64,000 nt of DNA, from NCBI GenBank assembly GCA_963675755.2, contig CAXXMD010000002.1:32001-96000 (forward strand), in the 5' to 3' direction. Position 1 is the stretch's first letter, and every line of letters begins with the position of its first letter. Origin of the DNA: a bacterium (GTDB lineage: Bacteria > Zhuqueibacterota > Zhuqueibacteria > Residuimicrobiales > Krinioviventaceae). This document shows positions 1-9,903 of this stretch, piece after piece. The notes beneath the pieces were generated by a model. It did not search any database and was not told the DNA's origin. It saw nothing but the letters and a program-made list of their open reading frames with translations. Position numbers and translations under genes: made by a program.

Positions 1-24
1 AATACAAAAAGTATATTTGGGCAT

Positions 25-58
25 AAAAAAAGCTCCCAAATGATGGATTGGGAGCTTT
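25..58 (-). terminator. Intrinsic terminator-like hairpin
   Basis: AAAGCTCCCAA (29-39) / TTGGGAGCTTT (48-58) inverted repeat; A7 run at 25-31 is a U-tract on the minus strand. Confidence 0.7.
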
Positions 59-222
59 AGGAGGAGGATTGCAAGGAATAATAAACATCAATTGTTTTAT
101 ATTAATTGCTGCTTTAAAAATGTAACAGTAGGTTATGCTAATATCTTCCCGATTTTTTTAAATTTTATTTGGAATAAATTTACCTGAATACGAATTGTTT
201 AATAATAAAGTGGATAATTATT

Positions 223-1083
223 ATGATTATAATAAAATTTCCCCTTTGGGGTGTTTTTGGCTTTATATTGATGATAGCCGGTTGGGCATTTAACTGGTTT
301 TATCCGGGTATGCGTTCACATCTCTTTTTCTTTCCTCTCTGGCTTGGATATAGTTTGGTCATAGATGCATGGGTTTTTAGTCGCAAGGGAACATCACTCT
401 ACTTTAGATCCGTTTCGCGATATGTGGGATTATTTGTTCTATCAGCTCCGGTATGGTGGATCTTTGAATTAATAAACTGGAGAATGCAAAACTGGCTTTA
501 CCTGGGACGCGATTCATTTACACATTTTCAGTATTTTGTGTTTGCCAGTATCAATTTTTCTACTGTGATTCCTGCGGTTTTTGGAACAGCAGAGCTTGTG
601 GGCTCGTTTCTATGGGTTAACAGTTTAAGAAAAGGGCCTGTAATTCAACCCTCGTTACGTTTAACTGTTTCATTGTTTTTGTCTGGCATATCCGGTTTTC
701 TTTTGTTAATGCTGTGGCCTCGTTATTTCTACCCGTTTGCCTGGATCTCGTTGTATTTGGTTTTTGAATCTCTAAACGTTTGGTTAGGTAACCGCTCTCT
801 TTTGTTTTATTTGAAAAAAGGAGATTGGAGACCGGTAATTTCTTTGGCTCTGGGATGTTTAATTACCGGATTCTTTTGGGAATTTTGGAATTATTATTCT
901 TATCCCAAATGGATATACCATGTACCTTTTGTTGATTTTTTAAATGTTTTTGAGATGCCAATTCTTGGATTTTTGGGATACATTCCTTTTTCATTCGAAT
1001 TGTTTGTAATATATTATTTTGTAGAAAGCATTTTTAACCGTTCAACAAACAATTCTTATATATCTATTGTTAAAGATGATTAA
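223..1083 (+). CDS. Conserved-type multi-pass membrane protein, function unknown
   Basis: 286 aa ORF, many hydrophobic segments, repeated W-rich motifs (WWIFELINW, FFWEFWNY, FEMPILGFLG). Confidence 0.75.
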   Translation: MIIIKFPLWGVFGFILMIAGWAFNWFYPGMRSHLFFFPLWLGYSLVIDAWVFSRKGTSLYFRSVSRYVGLFVLSAPVWWIFELINWRMQNWLYLGRDSFTHFQYFVFASINFSTVIPAVFGTAELVGSFLWVNSLRKGPVIQPSLRLTVSLFLSGISGFLLLMLWPRYFYPFAWISLYLVFESLNVWLGNRSLLFYLKKGDWRPVISLALGCLITGFFWEFWNYYSYPKWIYHVPFVDFLNVFEMPILGFLGYIPFSFELFVIYYFVESIFNRSTNNSYISIVKDD

Positions 1084-1167
1084 TCTTTTTAAATTCTCTT
1101 GTCATCAACTCTTTCTTGCTTTCTGCCTGACACCCAAAAATTATAATTCTTTAGTCCAAGAGGTTTT

Positions 1168-1827
1168 ATGAGCAACATCAATGATATGACAAGTGATCCG
1201 ATCAAACAAGAGATTATGGAACAGCGTGTTTACGAAATGTTAATTAATATGCAGCAACGTCGTTCTGTTCGAAAATTTTCCCCCAAACCAGTGCCTGTAA
1301 ATATTATTAAAAATTGTATCAGGGTAGCTGCGTCAGCACCCAGTGGGGCCAATCAACAGCCGTGGCATTTTGTTATTGTTTCTGATCCATTAATCAAGAA
1401 ACAGATACGAACAGAAGCAGAAAAAATAGAATATGATTTTTATACACGGACGGCACCCCAATCCTGGTTAGATGCCCTGAAACCCTTTGGAACCAATTTT
1501 GAGAAACCTTTTCTTGAAGAAGCTCCTTTTTTAATTGTATTATTTATGAAAAAATATGATTTAAATCCTGATGGAACCATAATCAGACATTATTATCCAT
1601 TAGAATCTGCAAGTATATCTTTGGGTATGCTTTTAACAGCTATTCATACCGCCGGTCTTTCATCACTCGTATATACACCTGCCAAAATGGGATTTTTAAA
1701 ATCCCTTCTTAACCGTCCTGATAACGAAAAAGCATTATCTATTGTTGTTGCAGGATTTGCGAATCCTGATTCTGTTAAACCATCAATAACAAAAAAGCCG
1801 CTAAATGAATTTGTTACCTTGTTTTAA
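1168..1827 (+). CDS. Nitroreductase-superfamily flavoprotein, iodotyrosine deiodinase (IYD)-like
   Basis: RRSVRKFS, APSGANQQPWHF, E..FY lid, GTNFEKPFLEEAP, ES.....G.LLTAIH.AGL...YTP motifs; GAGG RBS. Confidence 0.85.
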   Translation: MSNINDMTSDPIKQEIMEQRVYEMLINMQQRRSVRKFSPKPVPVNIIKNCIRVAASAPSGANQQPWHFVIVSDPLIKKQIRTEAEKIEYDFYTRTAPQSWLDALKPFGTNFEKPFLEEAPFLIVLFMKKYDLNPDGTIIRHYYPLESASISLGMLLTAIHTAGLSSLVYTPAKMGFLKSLLNRPDNEKALSIVVAGFANPDSVKPSITKKPLNEFVTLF

Positions 1828-1981
1828 TATGTAATTCAATATTTTGGAATAGTTTATGCTTACTTTTTTTACTTGATGAGGAGATTATACTATTCTGGTA
1901 GAAAATAAAATAAATAATAATCTTGATCTGCCAATACTTTATACCAGAGCAGAAAATAAACGAAAGATTATACACAGTAAT

Positions 1982-4270
1982 TTGATGATGGGCAAGTTAT
2001 TGGGCCTGGATGTTATTCCAATAAATTTGTATTATCAAGACTGGATATTTAAAGATGATGTTAATAAAATTTCCAGTTGTATTAATAATCTTACCATCGA
2101 ACATAGTGATTTTGAAATTGATTATCGCATAATTGCCCATAACGGAAAAATATTTCATGTTGTAGAAAAAGGTAATTGTGTATTTACTCAGGAAAATGAA
2201 CCCGATTATATTCAATCCGTTATTATAGATATATCATTTGTTAATAACGAAAAATCAGATTCTACTAATCCTCTTGAATTAAATAGAAAATTATTATCAC
2301 AGGTGCTTGAAAGCACTACAATACCCAAATTCATTATAGATAACAATCATCGGGTTTTTTATTGGAATCAACCCTGTGAGAGGCTTACTGGTGTTTCTGC
2401 AAATGAAATGCTGGGTACCAAAGGGCATTGGAGCCTTTTTTATGGCAAACATAGACCTGTTTTAATTGATTTAATGTTAAAAAAAGATCCCAGTAAAGAT
2501 ATTAAAGAGTGGTATGGCAATAAAATTAAACCCTCTTCATTGATGCAGGGAGCTTATGAAGGAGAAGATTTTTTCCCAAGATTGGGGGAAAATGGATTAT
2601 GGCTTCATTTTGTTGCAATGCCTATAAAAGATGAATTGGGCAATATTATTGGAGCTTTTGAAACCATACAGGATATGACTGAACATTACAACACTTTGAA
2701 TCAAATCAAAGTGAGCGAAGAACGGTTTAGATATCTCTTTGAAAACGCGAATGATATAATATATACACATGATTTAAAAGGTGTACTCACTTCGGTTAAT
2801 CCGCTTGGAATTGAACTCTTTGGCTATAATTATGATGAAATTATTGGCATGTCTATATCTCAACTTGTAGATGCTTCTTATTTGACTGAAGCCAGACAAA
2901 TGCTGCAGCGAAAAGTTGATGGAGAGATAACAACAGGACCTTATGAGTTATTGACTATCAGCAAAAGAGGAGAAGCAATTTGGCTGGAAGTCAACTCTCG
3001 TTTGATCTTACAGGATGGTACACCAAAAGAAATACAAGGTATTGCAAGAAACATTACAGATAGAAAAAAAAGTGAAATGCTTTTGCATGTTTTAAACCGT
3101 GCTTCACATGCAATGATGAAACAATTAAGCAAAAAAGACATTTATGATCATCTTATAACATTGTTATTAGAAATGGGATATAGTACAATGTTGTTCAAGT
3201 GTGAAGATAAAGGTAAATATGCATTTCTGGATTATTATGGATTTGAAGATAATCGTTTAATGCTTGTAGAATCGTTATTGAAAATTGACGTCAAGAAATT
3301 TCAGCTGTCAATTGATAACGTTGATATGTTAAATAATGTATATCATAATCGGAAAAGCTTGTTTTGTAACAACATTTCGGCAATGCTGAAACAAATGTTG
3401 CCTAAAAAGATGCATTTTTTTATACCTCAAATTTTAAAATTAATGAAAGTAAAACAGTTTATTGCAGCTCCTGTTATTGTAAATAATAGGGTTGTTGGTG
3501 TGTTTTGTGTATTAAGCAATGAATTGTTTGCTGGTGATGTACCTGCAATATCTGCATTTGCGAATCAAATGGCAACAGCACTAAACAACGCAAGTTTATA
3601 TGAAAAGATACAAAAAGAATTGAGTGAAAAGATTAAAGCTGAAAAGATTATTGAAGATTCATTAAAGGAAAAAGAAGTATTATTAAAAGAAATCCATCAT
3701 CGGGTTAAAAATAATTTGCAAATTATCCTCAGTCTTTTAAATCTGCAATCCCGTAAATTAAAAGATAAACAGTCTCTCGAATCTTTTCAGGTTGCTAAAA
3801 ACAGAGTCCATTCCCTGGCACTCGTCCATGAACGTTTGTATCAAAGCCAGGACCTGGTGAATATAGATTTTAGAGAATATATTATTTCAGTTGTTCAGCA
3901 TTTATTTTATTCCTATGAGATTACAGGCAAGATAGAGCTGGATGTAAATGTCACGGACATACAACTCGATATTGATAATGCTATTCCTTGCGGCTTGCTC
4001 ATTAATGAACTGGTTACCAATTCATTGAAACATGCTTTTCCTGCCGGCAGGAAAGGGAAAATACAGATCGGTTTAAAGGCCGATTCATCTGGAAATAAAG
4101 AACTTGTTGTAGCAGATGATGGTATAGGATTTTCTACAGATTTGGATCATACGAAAACAGATACATTGGGAATGAATTTAATCAGAGTTTTAACCCGCCA
4201 ACTGAATGGTACCTTTGATATTGAAAATGAAAAAGGAACAAGATTTGTTTGTAAATTTACCGGGGTTTAA
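1982..4270 (+). CDS. PAS/PAS/GAF sensor histidine kinase (HisKA_2 type)
   Basis: Multiple PAS repeats, GAF, EIHHRVKNNLQ H-box, NELVTNSLKHAF N-box, DDGIG/TLG G-boxes; the frame is open upstream to 1880, so the start is uncertain. Confidence 0.9.
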   Translation: MMMGKLLGLDVIPINLYYQDWIFKDDVNKISSCINNLTIEHSDFEIDYRIIAHNGKIFHVVEKGNCVFTQENEPDYIQSVIIDISFVNNEKSDSTNPLELNRKLLSQVLESTTIPKFIIDNNHRVFYWNQPCERLTGVSANEMLGTKGHWSLFYGKHRPVLIDLMLKKDPSKDIKEWYGNKIKPSSLMQGAYEGEDFFPRLGENGLWLHFVAMPIKDELGNIIGAFETIQDMTEHYNTLNQIKVSEERFRYLFENANDIIYTHDLKGVLTSVNPLGIELFGYNYDEIIGMSISQLVDASYLTEARQMLQRKVDGEITTGPYELLTISKRGEAIWLEVNSRLILQDGTPKEIQGIARNITDRKKSEMLLHVLNRASHAMMKQLSKKDIYDHLITLLLEMGYSTMLFKCEDKGKYAFLDYYGFEDNRLMLVESLLKIDVKKFQLSIDNVDMLNNVYHNRKSLFCNNISAMLKQMLPKKMHFFIPQILKLMKVKQFIAAPVIVNNRVVGVFCVLSNELFAGDVPAISAFANQMATALNNASLYEKIQKELSEKIKAEKIIEDSLKEKEVLLKEIHHRVKNNLQIILSLLNLQSRKLKDKQSLESFQVAKNRVHSLALVHERLYQSQDLVNIDFREYIISVVQHLFYSYEITGKIELDVNVTDIQLDIDNAIPCGLLINELVTNSLKHAFPAGRKGKIQIGLKADSSGNKELVVADDGIGFSTDLDHTKTDTLGMNLIRVLTRQLNGTFDIENEKGTRFVCKFTGV

Positions 4271-4418
4271 GATTGATTGATAAACGGAACTTTTTGCTTT
4301 TTTTATTTGTTATAATTAATAATTACTAATTTAAGGGGATTGTAATAAAAAGCTTTTTTAGGTATTAGGGCTTTTTAAATAGTTTATAAAATAACGCAAA
4401 ACCAAAAGGGGAAAAACT

Positions 4419-5069
4419 GTGTTTAAAAAGATTATTTTATTTGTATTATTGATGTTTACAGGATTCCAATGTACAACCAACAAGGATCCTCTGAGCTCTA
4501 ATATTGCAGAACCGGATACTGTAATTGACCGTAAACCAAACATCTATATCTATCCTCCAAGTGCCTGTGATATGACATTGGCATTATCCTTTCCCAAAGG
4601 AGGACGCGTTACTGTTTCAGAACCACCTTATTTGAATGGCTGGTCATTTCATGTAGAGCCATCCGGATTGATTGATAATCAATATCGTTATCTTTATTAT
4701 GAATCTGCTATTCCTGCAATCACTCAACCTGACGGATGGATTGTCAAGCGTTCTTCTTTGACCGAATTTATTGTGCAAAACATGCAGGCTTGTGGTTTTA
4801 ATTCAACAGAGATAAAAGATTTTACAGATTATTGGATTCCTCTGCTAAATGATCACCCTTATTATAAAATATGCCCGGTTTATACCGATCAAATAGAGCA
4901 GTATGTCAAATTTGAATTATCAATCATCCCTGATAGTGTACTTCGCGTCATTTATTTGATACAAGGATTAAAGGATAATGAGCTTGTTCAGATTCAAGAA
5001 CCTTCAATCCCACTGTTTACAAGAAACGGTTTTACTATTGTGGAATGGGGTGTGATTTTGCTGGAATAA
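4419..5069 (+). CDS. Putative lipoprotein, hypothetical
   Basis: Signal peptide ending FQC; KPNIYIYP and C-terminal IVEWG motifs; GGGG RBS. Confidence 0.7.
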   Translation: MFKKIILFVLLMFTGFQCTTNKDPLSSNIAEPDTVIDRKPNIYIYPPSACDMTLALSFPKGGRVTVSEPPYLNGWSFHVEPSGLIDNQYRYLYYESAIPAITQPDGWIVKRSSLTEFIVQNMQACGFNSTEIKDFTDYWIPLLNDHPYYKICPVYTDQIEQYVKFELSIIPDSVLRVIYLIQGLKDNELVQIQEPSIPLFTRNGFTIVEWGVILLE

Positions 5070-5179
5070 TAATTCGACATATACCATTACCGCCTTGAAT
5101 TAATCCCCGAAAATGAAATATTTAAATATCATTTCTATGTTAATATTTGTAAATCACCTTAATTTAAGAGGAGGAAGAT

Positions 5180-5542
5180 ATGCGACCACATATCGATCAA
5201 ACTTCTTTTGGGTGGATTACTATAGAAGGGGAAGCCTTTAATCATGATATTACCATCAACCTGCATGGACATGTGCTGAAAAGGAAGAAGCGTCTTTCAA
5301 AAGAAATTTATGGCACTTCTCATAATATATCCAAACCCGAAGCAGAAGCAATGTATGAATATGGCGCCGAGTCAGTTATTATTGGCTGCGGACAATATGG
5401 ACTTGCAAAACTATCTGATGAAGCAGATCAGTTTTTTAAAGAACATCATTGTAATGTTAGTATTCTGCCTACACCTCAGGCCGTCAAAGTGTGGAATGAT
5501 ATGCATGGCAGAGTCATTGGTATGTTTCACGTTACATGTTGA
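5180..5542 (+). CDS. Mth938-like (DUF498) domain protein
   Basis: FGWITIEG, IIGCGQYG, PTPQAV..WN, FHVTC C-terminus; strong AGGAGG RBS. Confidence 0.85.
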   Translation: MRPHIDQTSFGWITIEGEAFNHDITINLHGHVLKRKKRLSKEIYGTSHNISKPEAEAMYEYGAESVIIGCGQYGLAKLSDEADQFFKEHHCNVSILPTPQAVKVWNDMHGRVIGMFHVTC

Positions 5543-5629
5543 GAGGTTGTAAAGCAGAGATTAATTTAAAAATATCTTGTACCTTTAATACGTTTTTGTA
5601 TTTTACAATATGTAAAATAAAGGTGCGTG

Positions 5630-5900
5630 ATGAAAAATTTTCCCCGTCTTTTTCTGTTCTTGTTGGTTTTGAACAAGCTCTTGATTGCTTTTCCTGGTAC
5701 CGTTCAGGATTCAATATCCCTTTCTTTTCGATTTGCTACGGGTTTGACTTTTGATGGAGCGGCTTTATGGTTGGCAGATCATAAAGCTGATGTATTGGCC
5801 TGCATTAATCCGGTAAATGGAGAGGTGATTCGTACCATCCCATCTCCCGGGTTCTGGCCTGCCGGTCTTGAGTGAGTAACAAGTATTTGTAGTCTGTTGA
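5630..5900 (+). pseudogene. Truncated remnant of a secreted beta-propeller (GLT/AWDG.LW repeat) protein
   Basis: Signal peptide and GLTFDGAALWLAD repeat; the next repeat reads GLE* then (shifted frame) NKYL*SVD, with stops where Trp is expected. Confidence 0.6.
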
Positions 5901-6158
5901 TACGTCACAGATTAAGTATTTTAACCTGTTTTTCCTATTAGACTCCTTTTAAAAGCATTAGAGTATGGGAACCACTAGAATAATAGAGATGCATTGGGAT
6001 ACTTGAAATTTAAAACAAATTTAGAATAAAAAAAAAGTATGGCTTTTTGTCATTAAACTCGTTATTTTTTAGCTGGTAACTGGTTAATATCCGGATGCTT
6101 GTTCCTTGGGTTCATATTACAACCATTATCCAATCCAATAAATCCTTTAGGAGGGAAA

Positions 6159-7889
6159 ATGTTAGAGTATACAGAGAGAATCGATCCGTTTACCGGAGAG
6201 ATGTATGTGCAGGTACCGTTCAAGGGCTTGTTTTTAACTGAACATCCTATTTATAACAAAGGTACCGCATTTCCGGAAAATGAGCGCTATTCTCTGGGAC
6301 TGTGTGGCTTGCTGCCGGATGGTGTGGCTTCATTAGAATTGCAAAAGCAGCGTACCTATGCTAATTTTTGCACCAAAACTGATGCCCTGGAAAAATATAT
6401 CTATATGATATCGCTTCAGGACAGAAACGAAACTTTGTTTTACAGTCTGTTATTGGACCATTTGGAAGAAATGCTGCCCATTGTATACACACCCACAGTT
6501 GGTCAGGCTTGTCAAAGATTCAGCCATTTGTACAGAAGACGTAGAGGCATTTATGTGTCTGTACATAATATTCACCATGTAGACGAGATCTTGAAAAATG
6601 CATCTTTTAGCAACATTTCTCTGATTGTTGCAACTGACGGAGAACGAATTCTTGGTTTGGGTGATCAGGGTGCCGGCGGTATGGGAATCCCAATAGGCAA
6701 GATCAGTCTTTATATTGCCGCTGCGGGTTTGCATCCTGCGTATACACTGCCCGTAATGCTGGATGTAGGTACCAATAACGAAGCACTTTTGGAAGATCCG
6801 CTTTATATCGGTGTAAGACAAAAACGATTGACCGGTGATGCTTATGACGCGTTTATTGAACAATTTGTTGCAGCAGTGCGCAGACGCTTTCCGCGTGCAC
6901 TTTTGCAATGGGAAGATATTGGTAAAAATAATGCTTTCCGCGTACTGGACCGCTACCAGGAGCGTATTACATCTTTTAATGATGATATTCAGGGAACCGG
7001 CTCTGTTGCATTGAGTGTTTTTCTATCAGCAATGAAAATTAAAAAGCAAAAATTGGGTGATCAAAAAATTGTTATATTTGGACAGGGACAAGCAGGTCTG
7101 GGAATAGCCCGACAACTTGTTGCCGGAATGATAGCTGAAGGCTTGAGTGAGCAGGAAGCCAGAGACAGGATATTTGGTATTGATAAAGACGGTCTTTTGG
7201 TTGAGGGAATGCAAGTTACAGCAGAACAGGAATTCCTGTTAAAATCCCGGGCAATGGTTGGAGAATGGAAACTTGAAAATCCCAATAAAATTACCTTGTT
7301 GGACACAATCAAGAATACAGGCGCCACTGCATTGATAGGAGTAACCGGACAAACCGGTGCTTTTGACGAAACGATCTTGAAGCAATTGTCTGAAAATTCT
7401 GATCTGCCTTTGATTATGCCCTTGTCTAATCCTACTGCCAAAACCGAATGTGTGCCCGAAACTGCCATTAAAGCCACGAATGGAAATTGTTTGATCGCAA
7501 CCGGCAGCCCGTTTGCTCCTGTAGAGTATAATGGTAAATCGCATATAGTTTCGCAGTGTAATAATCTGTATATCTTTCCGGGAGTAGGACTCGGTGCGCT
7601 GGTTTCCGGCACTCCCAAAGTCACGAACGAGATGTTTATTGCAGCATCCCGTGCGTTGAGTGATATGCTTACCCAGGATGAACTGGATTCCGGCAGACTA
7701 TTGCCGCAAATTGATCAGATACGTCAGGTATCGGAAAATGTGGCAGTCGCTGTTGCGGTTGAAGCGCGGGACAGTGAACTCGGCCTGCGCAAAGATGAAG
7801 ACGAACTCCGTAAAATGGTTAAACAGGCCATGTGGCAGCCGCAGTATTTGCCATACCGTTATAAAAGACAAGATGGGGAATTGTACTAG
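6159..7889 (+). CDS. maeA: NAD-dependent malic enzyme
   Basis: YNKGTAF, PIVYTPTVG, TDGERILGLGDQG, FNDDIQGTG, PLSNPT, QCNNLYIFPG; GGAGGG RBS before ATG 6159. Confidence 0.95.
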   Translation: MLEYTERIDPFTGEMYVQVPFKGLFLTEHPIYNKGTAFPENERYSLGLCGLLPDGVASLELQKQRTYANFCTKTDALEKYIYMISLQDRNETLFYSLLLDHLEEMLPIVYTPTVGQACQRFSHLYRRRRGIYVSVHNIHHVDEILKNASFSNISLIVATDGERILGLGDQGAGGMGIPIGKISLYIAAAGLHPAYTLPVMLDVGTNNEALLEDPLYIGVRQKRLTGDAYDAFIEQFVAAVRRRFPRALLQWEDIGKNNAFRVLDRYQERITSFNDDIQGTGSVALSVFLSAMKIKKQKLGDQKIVIFGQGQAGLGIARQLVAGMIAEGLSEQEARDRIFGIDKDGLLVEGMQVTAEQEFLLKSRAMVGEWKLENPNKITLLDTIKNTGATALIGVTGQTGAFDETILKQLSENSDLPLIMPLSNPTAKTECVPETAIKATNGNCLIATGSPFAPVEYNGKSHIVSQCNNLYIFPGVGLGALVSGTPKVTNEMFIAASRALSDMLTQDELDSGRLLPQIDQIRQVSENVAVAVAVEARDSELGLRKDEDELRKMVKQAMWQPQYLPYRYKRQDGELY

Positions 7890-7925
7890 CATTTGAAATC
7901 CATACGAAATGTAATTGGAATAAAA

Positions 7926-7955
7926 ATTAGCCTGGCATAAAAGTGCCAGGCTAAT
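7926..7955. terminator. Hairpin downstream of maeA
   Basis: ATTAGCCTGGCA-TAAAAG-TGCCAGGCTAAT perfect 12 bp stem. Confidence 0.65.
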
Positions 7956-8074
7956 ACTGAATCCGATGAGGGATTTTTATTATTAACAAGAATATTAAAA
8001 TCAGAGTCTGGGTTTTCATTACGTTTATTTGTATTGGACCATATTTATCCAGAAGAAGCCTTTACCTTACCAAT

Positions 8075-8413
8075 GTGCCTAATTATCGATTTTCGCAATC
8101 CACTGAAGAAATAATGTATCAAGCCTCTTTTCAACCAAACAGATTTATATATGTGTCTGCTGTAGAGATTAAGAATAGAACTTCTTTAAGTAATGATATA
8201 ATTGTCAGAGTTTTACCTCATAATTGGAATGGTAATATTAGCAAGATGGTCCCAATTTTTAGTACACATATTTCTCAGTATTTTTTTTATGCAGTACTTG
8301 AAAATGAGACGCTTGATGGAGAAGAAAGCGTTTGGTGGCAAGAACATTATATATGGACCCCCTGGAAATGGTATCATTTACGTTTCTTTTCAAAAATGAC
8401 AGGGTGTGCGTAG
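8075..8413 (+). CDS. Hypothetical protein (start uncertain)
   Basis: 112 aa ORF filling the intergenic gap; frame open back to 7970 with a hydrophobic segment; no recognisable motif. Confidence 0.35.
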   Translation: MPNYRFSQSTEEIMYQASFQPNRFIYVSAVEIKNRTSLSNDIIVRVLPHNWNGNISKMVPIFSTHISQYFFYAVLENETLDGEESVWWQEHYIWTPWKWYHLRFFSKMTGCA

Positions 8414-8463
8414 AGCAAATTCATAACTGGCAATATTCATAAATTAATAACCAGGGAAACAAA

Positions 8464-9885
8464 ATGGAACGCAGAGATTTTTTTTCATCGGGATTGTTGC
8501 TGGGAATTGGAACCTTGCCGGCAAGTTACGGGATTTCAGAAGAAGTAAATTCCTCTACAAATGAGCTGCTGGATGAAATACTTACCATGCCCAATTTTTG
8601 CAGTCACGAACATTGGGGCAGTGTTGCATCCATCGGTAATAACAAAAATGGATATCTTGCCGATCTCAAACCCGGTGCGTTACCTTCAAGAAAGACCAAC
8701 CTGGTTGATCTGATCATCGATCCCTATATGAATGAAAATTTACGCAACAATGGTATTACTCCGGATGAAATACTATTGGATAATGGAACCAAAGCAGATA
8801 TTTTTCAACTGGCGCAAAAGAATGGTGCCGGGTGTGTACCCTTGCTCCGAAAAATCCTTGCTCCACAACAGTTCACCGGTATTTATATGTGCTTGCGGGA
8901 GGGTATGCGGTTTGCTTATGATGTGGATATCCATGAAATGGATGCTGGTTTGTTTCGCCAAACCAGTCAAACTGTTGCCGCAAATTATGCCGATTTGTTC
9001 AGTTGGTACAAGAAACTGATGCAAAAAGCACATTTTACCCGGCTGATACGTCCTGTCCATCCCGAATTTTATTTTTCAACAAATACTATAAAGGCTGCTG
9101 CAGAAATGGCCTTTACCGATACGGTTCTGCGCATTGATCCGTTATTAGACATGTATAAAGATTCTGAAAGAAGGCAAAATCTTACCCGGTTAACCGGAGT
9201 CGAACCCGTGGATGCGGCATCATGGCGGCTGTTTCTCGAAAAGATATTCCAGGCTGTAAAAGATAAGGGAGCTGTGGGCATCAAGCAGCTGCAGGCGTAC
9301 CGTCGTGATCTCGACTTTAAGTTCCACGAGGACAGTGAAGTCCAATTCAATTCCAAGCTGACAAAGCCGGAAATAAATACATTCAAGAACTGGGTTGTTC
9401 ATGAATGCTGCAAGCTGGCAGATGATTTGAACTGGCCGCACCAGGTGCATGTGGGTACCGACAATATGCCCCATTCCAATCCGTTACCATTGGCTGGATT
9501 GGCCCGCAGATACAAAAATCAAAAAATTGTCATGCTCCATTGCTGGCCGTTTTTACAGGAATCCGCGTATCTTGCCAAGAAACACTCCAACATCTATATC
9601 GACACCTGCTGGCAGCCCATTCTGAATCCCGAGTTTTTGGTGCAATCGCTCGGACTCTGGTTGAATTATGTGCCCCTGAACAAGATCACTATGGGCAATG
9701 ACGCCACATCCATTGAGATGGCAGTGGGCTCGTCAATACTTGCAAAGCATATACTCGCCTTTGTGCTGGACCATTTTGGCGCAAACAGCAATATTGAGAA
9801 AAAACAGTTATTACAAACTGCAATTGATTTTCTGCACAACAATGCGGTGAATATTTATGGGATTGGTGAAAGCCAGTCTATTTAG
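8464..9885 (+). CDS. Tat-exported amidohydrolase-family (TIM-barrel) protein
   Basis: MERRDFF Tat motif; SHEH, GIKQLQAY.R.L, QVHVG, LHCWP, IYIDTCW, GND metal-site motifs. Confidence 0.85.
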   Translation: MERRDFFSSGLLLGIGTLPASYGISEEVNSSTNELLDEILTMPNFCSHEHWGSVASIGNNKNGYLADLKPGALPSRKTNLVDLIIDPYMNENLRNNGITPDEILLDNGTKADIFQLAQKNGAGCVPLLRKILAPQQFTGIYMCLREGMRFAYDVDIHEMDAGLFRQTSQTVAANYADLFSWYKKLMQKAHFTRLIRPVHPEFYFSTNTIKAAAEMAFTDTVLRIDPLLDMYKDSERRQNLTRLTGVEPVDAASWRLFLEKIFQAVKDKGAVGIKQLQAYRRDLDFKFHEDSEVQFNSKLTKPEINTFKNWVVHECCKLADDLNWPHQVHVGTDNMPHSNPLPLAGLARRYKNQKIVMLHCWPFLQESAYLAKKHSNIYIDTCWQPILNPEFLVQSLGLWLNYVPLNKITMGNDATSIEMAVGSSILAKHILAFVLDHFGANSNIEKKQLLQTAIDFLHNNAVNIYGIGESQSI

Positions 9886-9903
9886 ATAATTTTAACCGGG
9901 CTA

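Noticed and set aside
136-152. Minus-strand GG-N10-GC as a sigma-54 promoter for the candidate sRNA
   Set aside because: The spacing fits, but flanking bases match the TGGCAC/TTGC consensus poorly.
6450-7624. Minus-strand ORFs inside the malic enzyme gene
   Set aside because: Shadow ORFs; the same applies to most short overlapping ORFs in the supplied track.
7966-8075. Upstream ATG (7966) joined to ORF 8075 via a frameshift near the T5 run
   Set aside because: It would give a plausible N-terminal TM segment, but there is no recognisable homology to support it.
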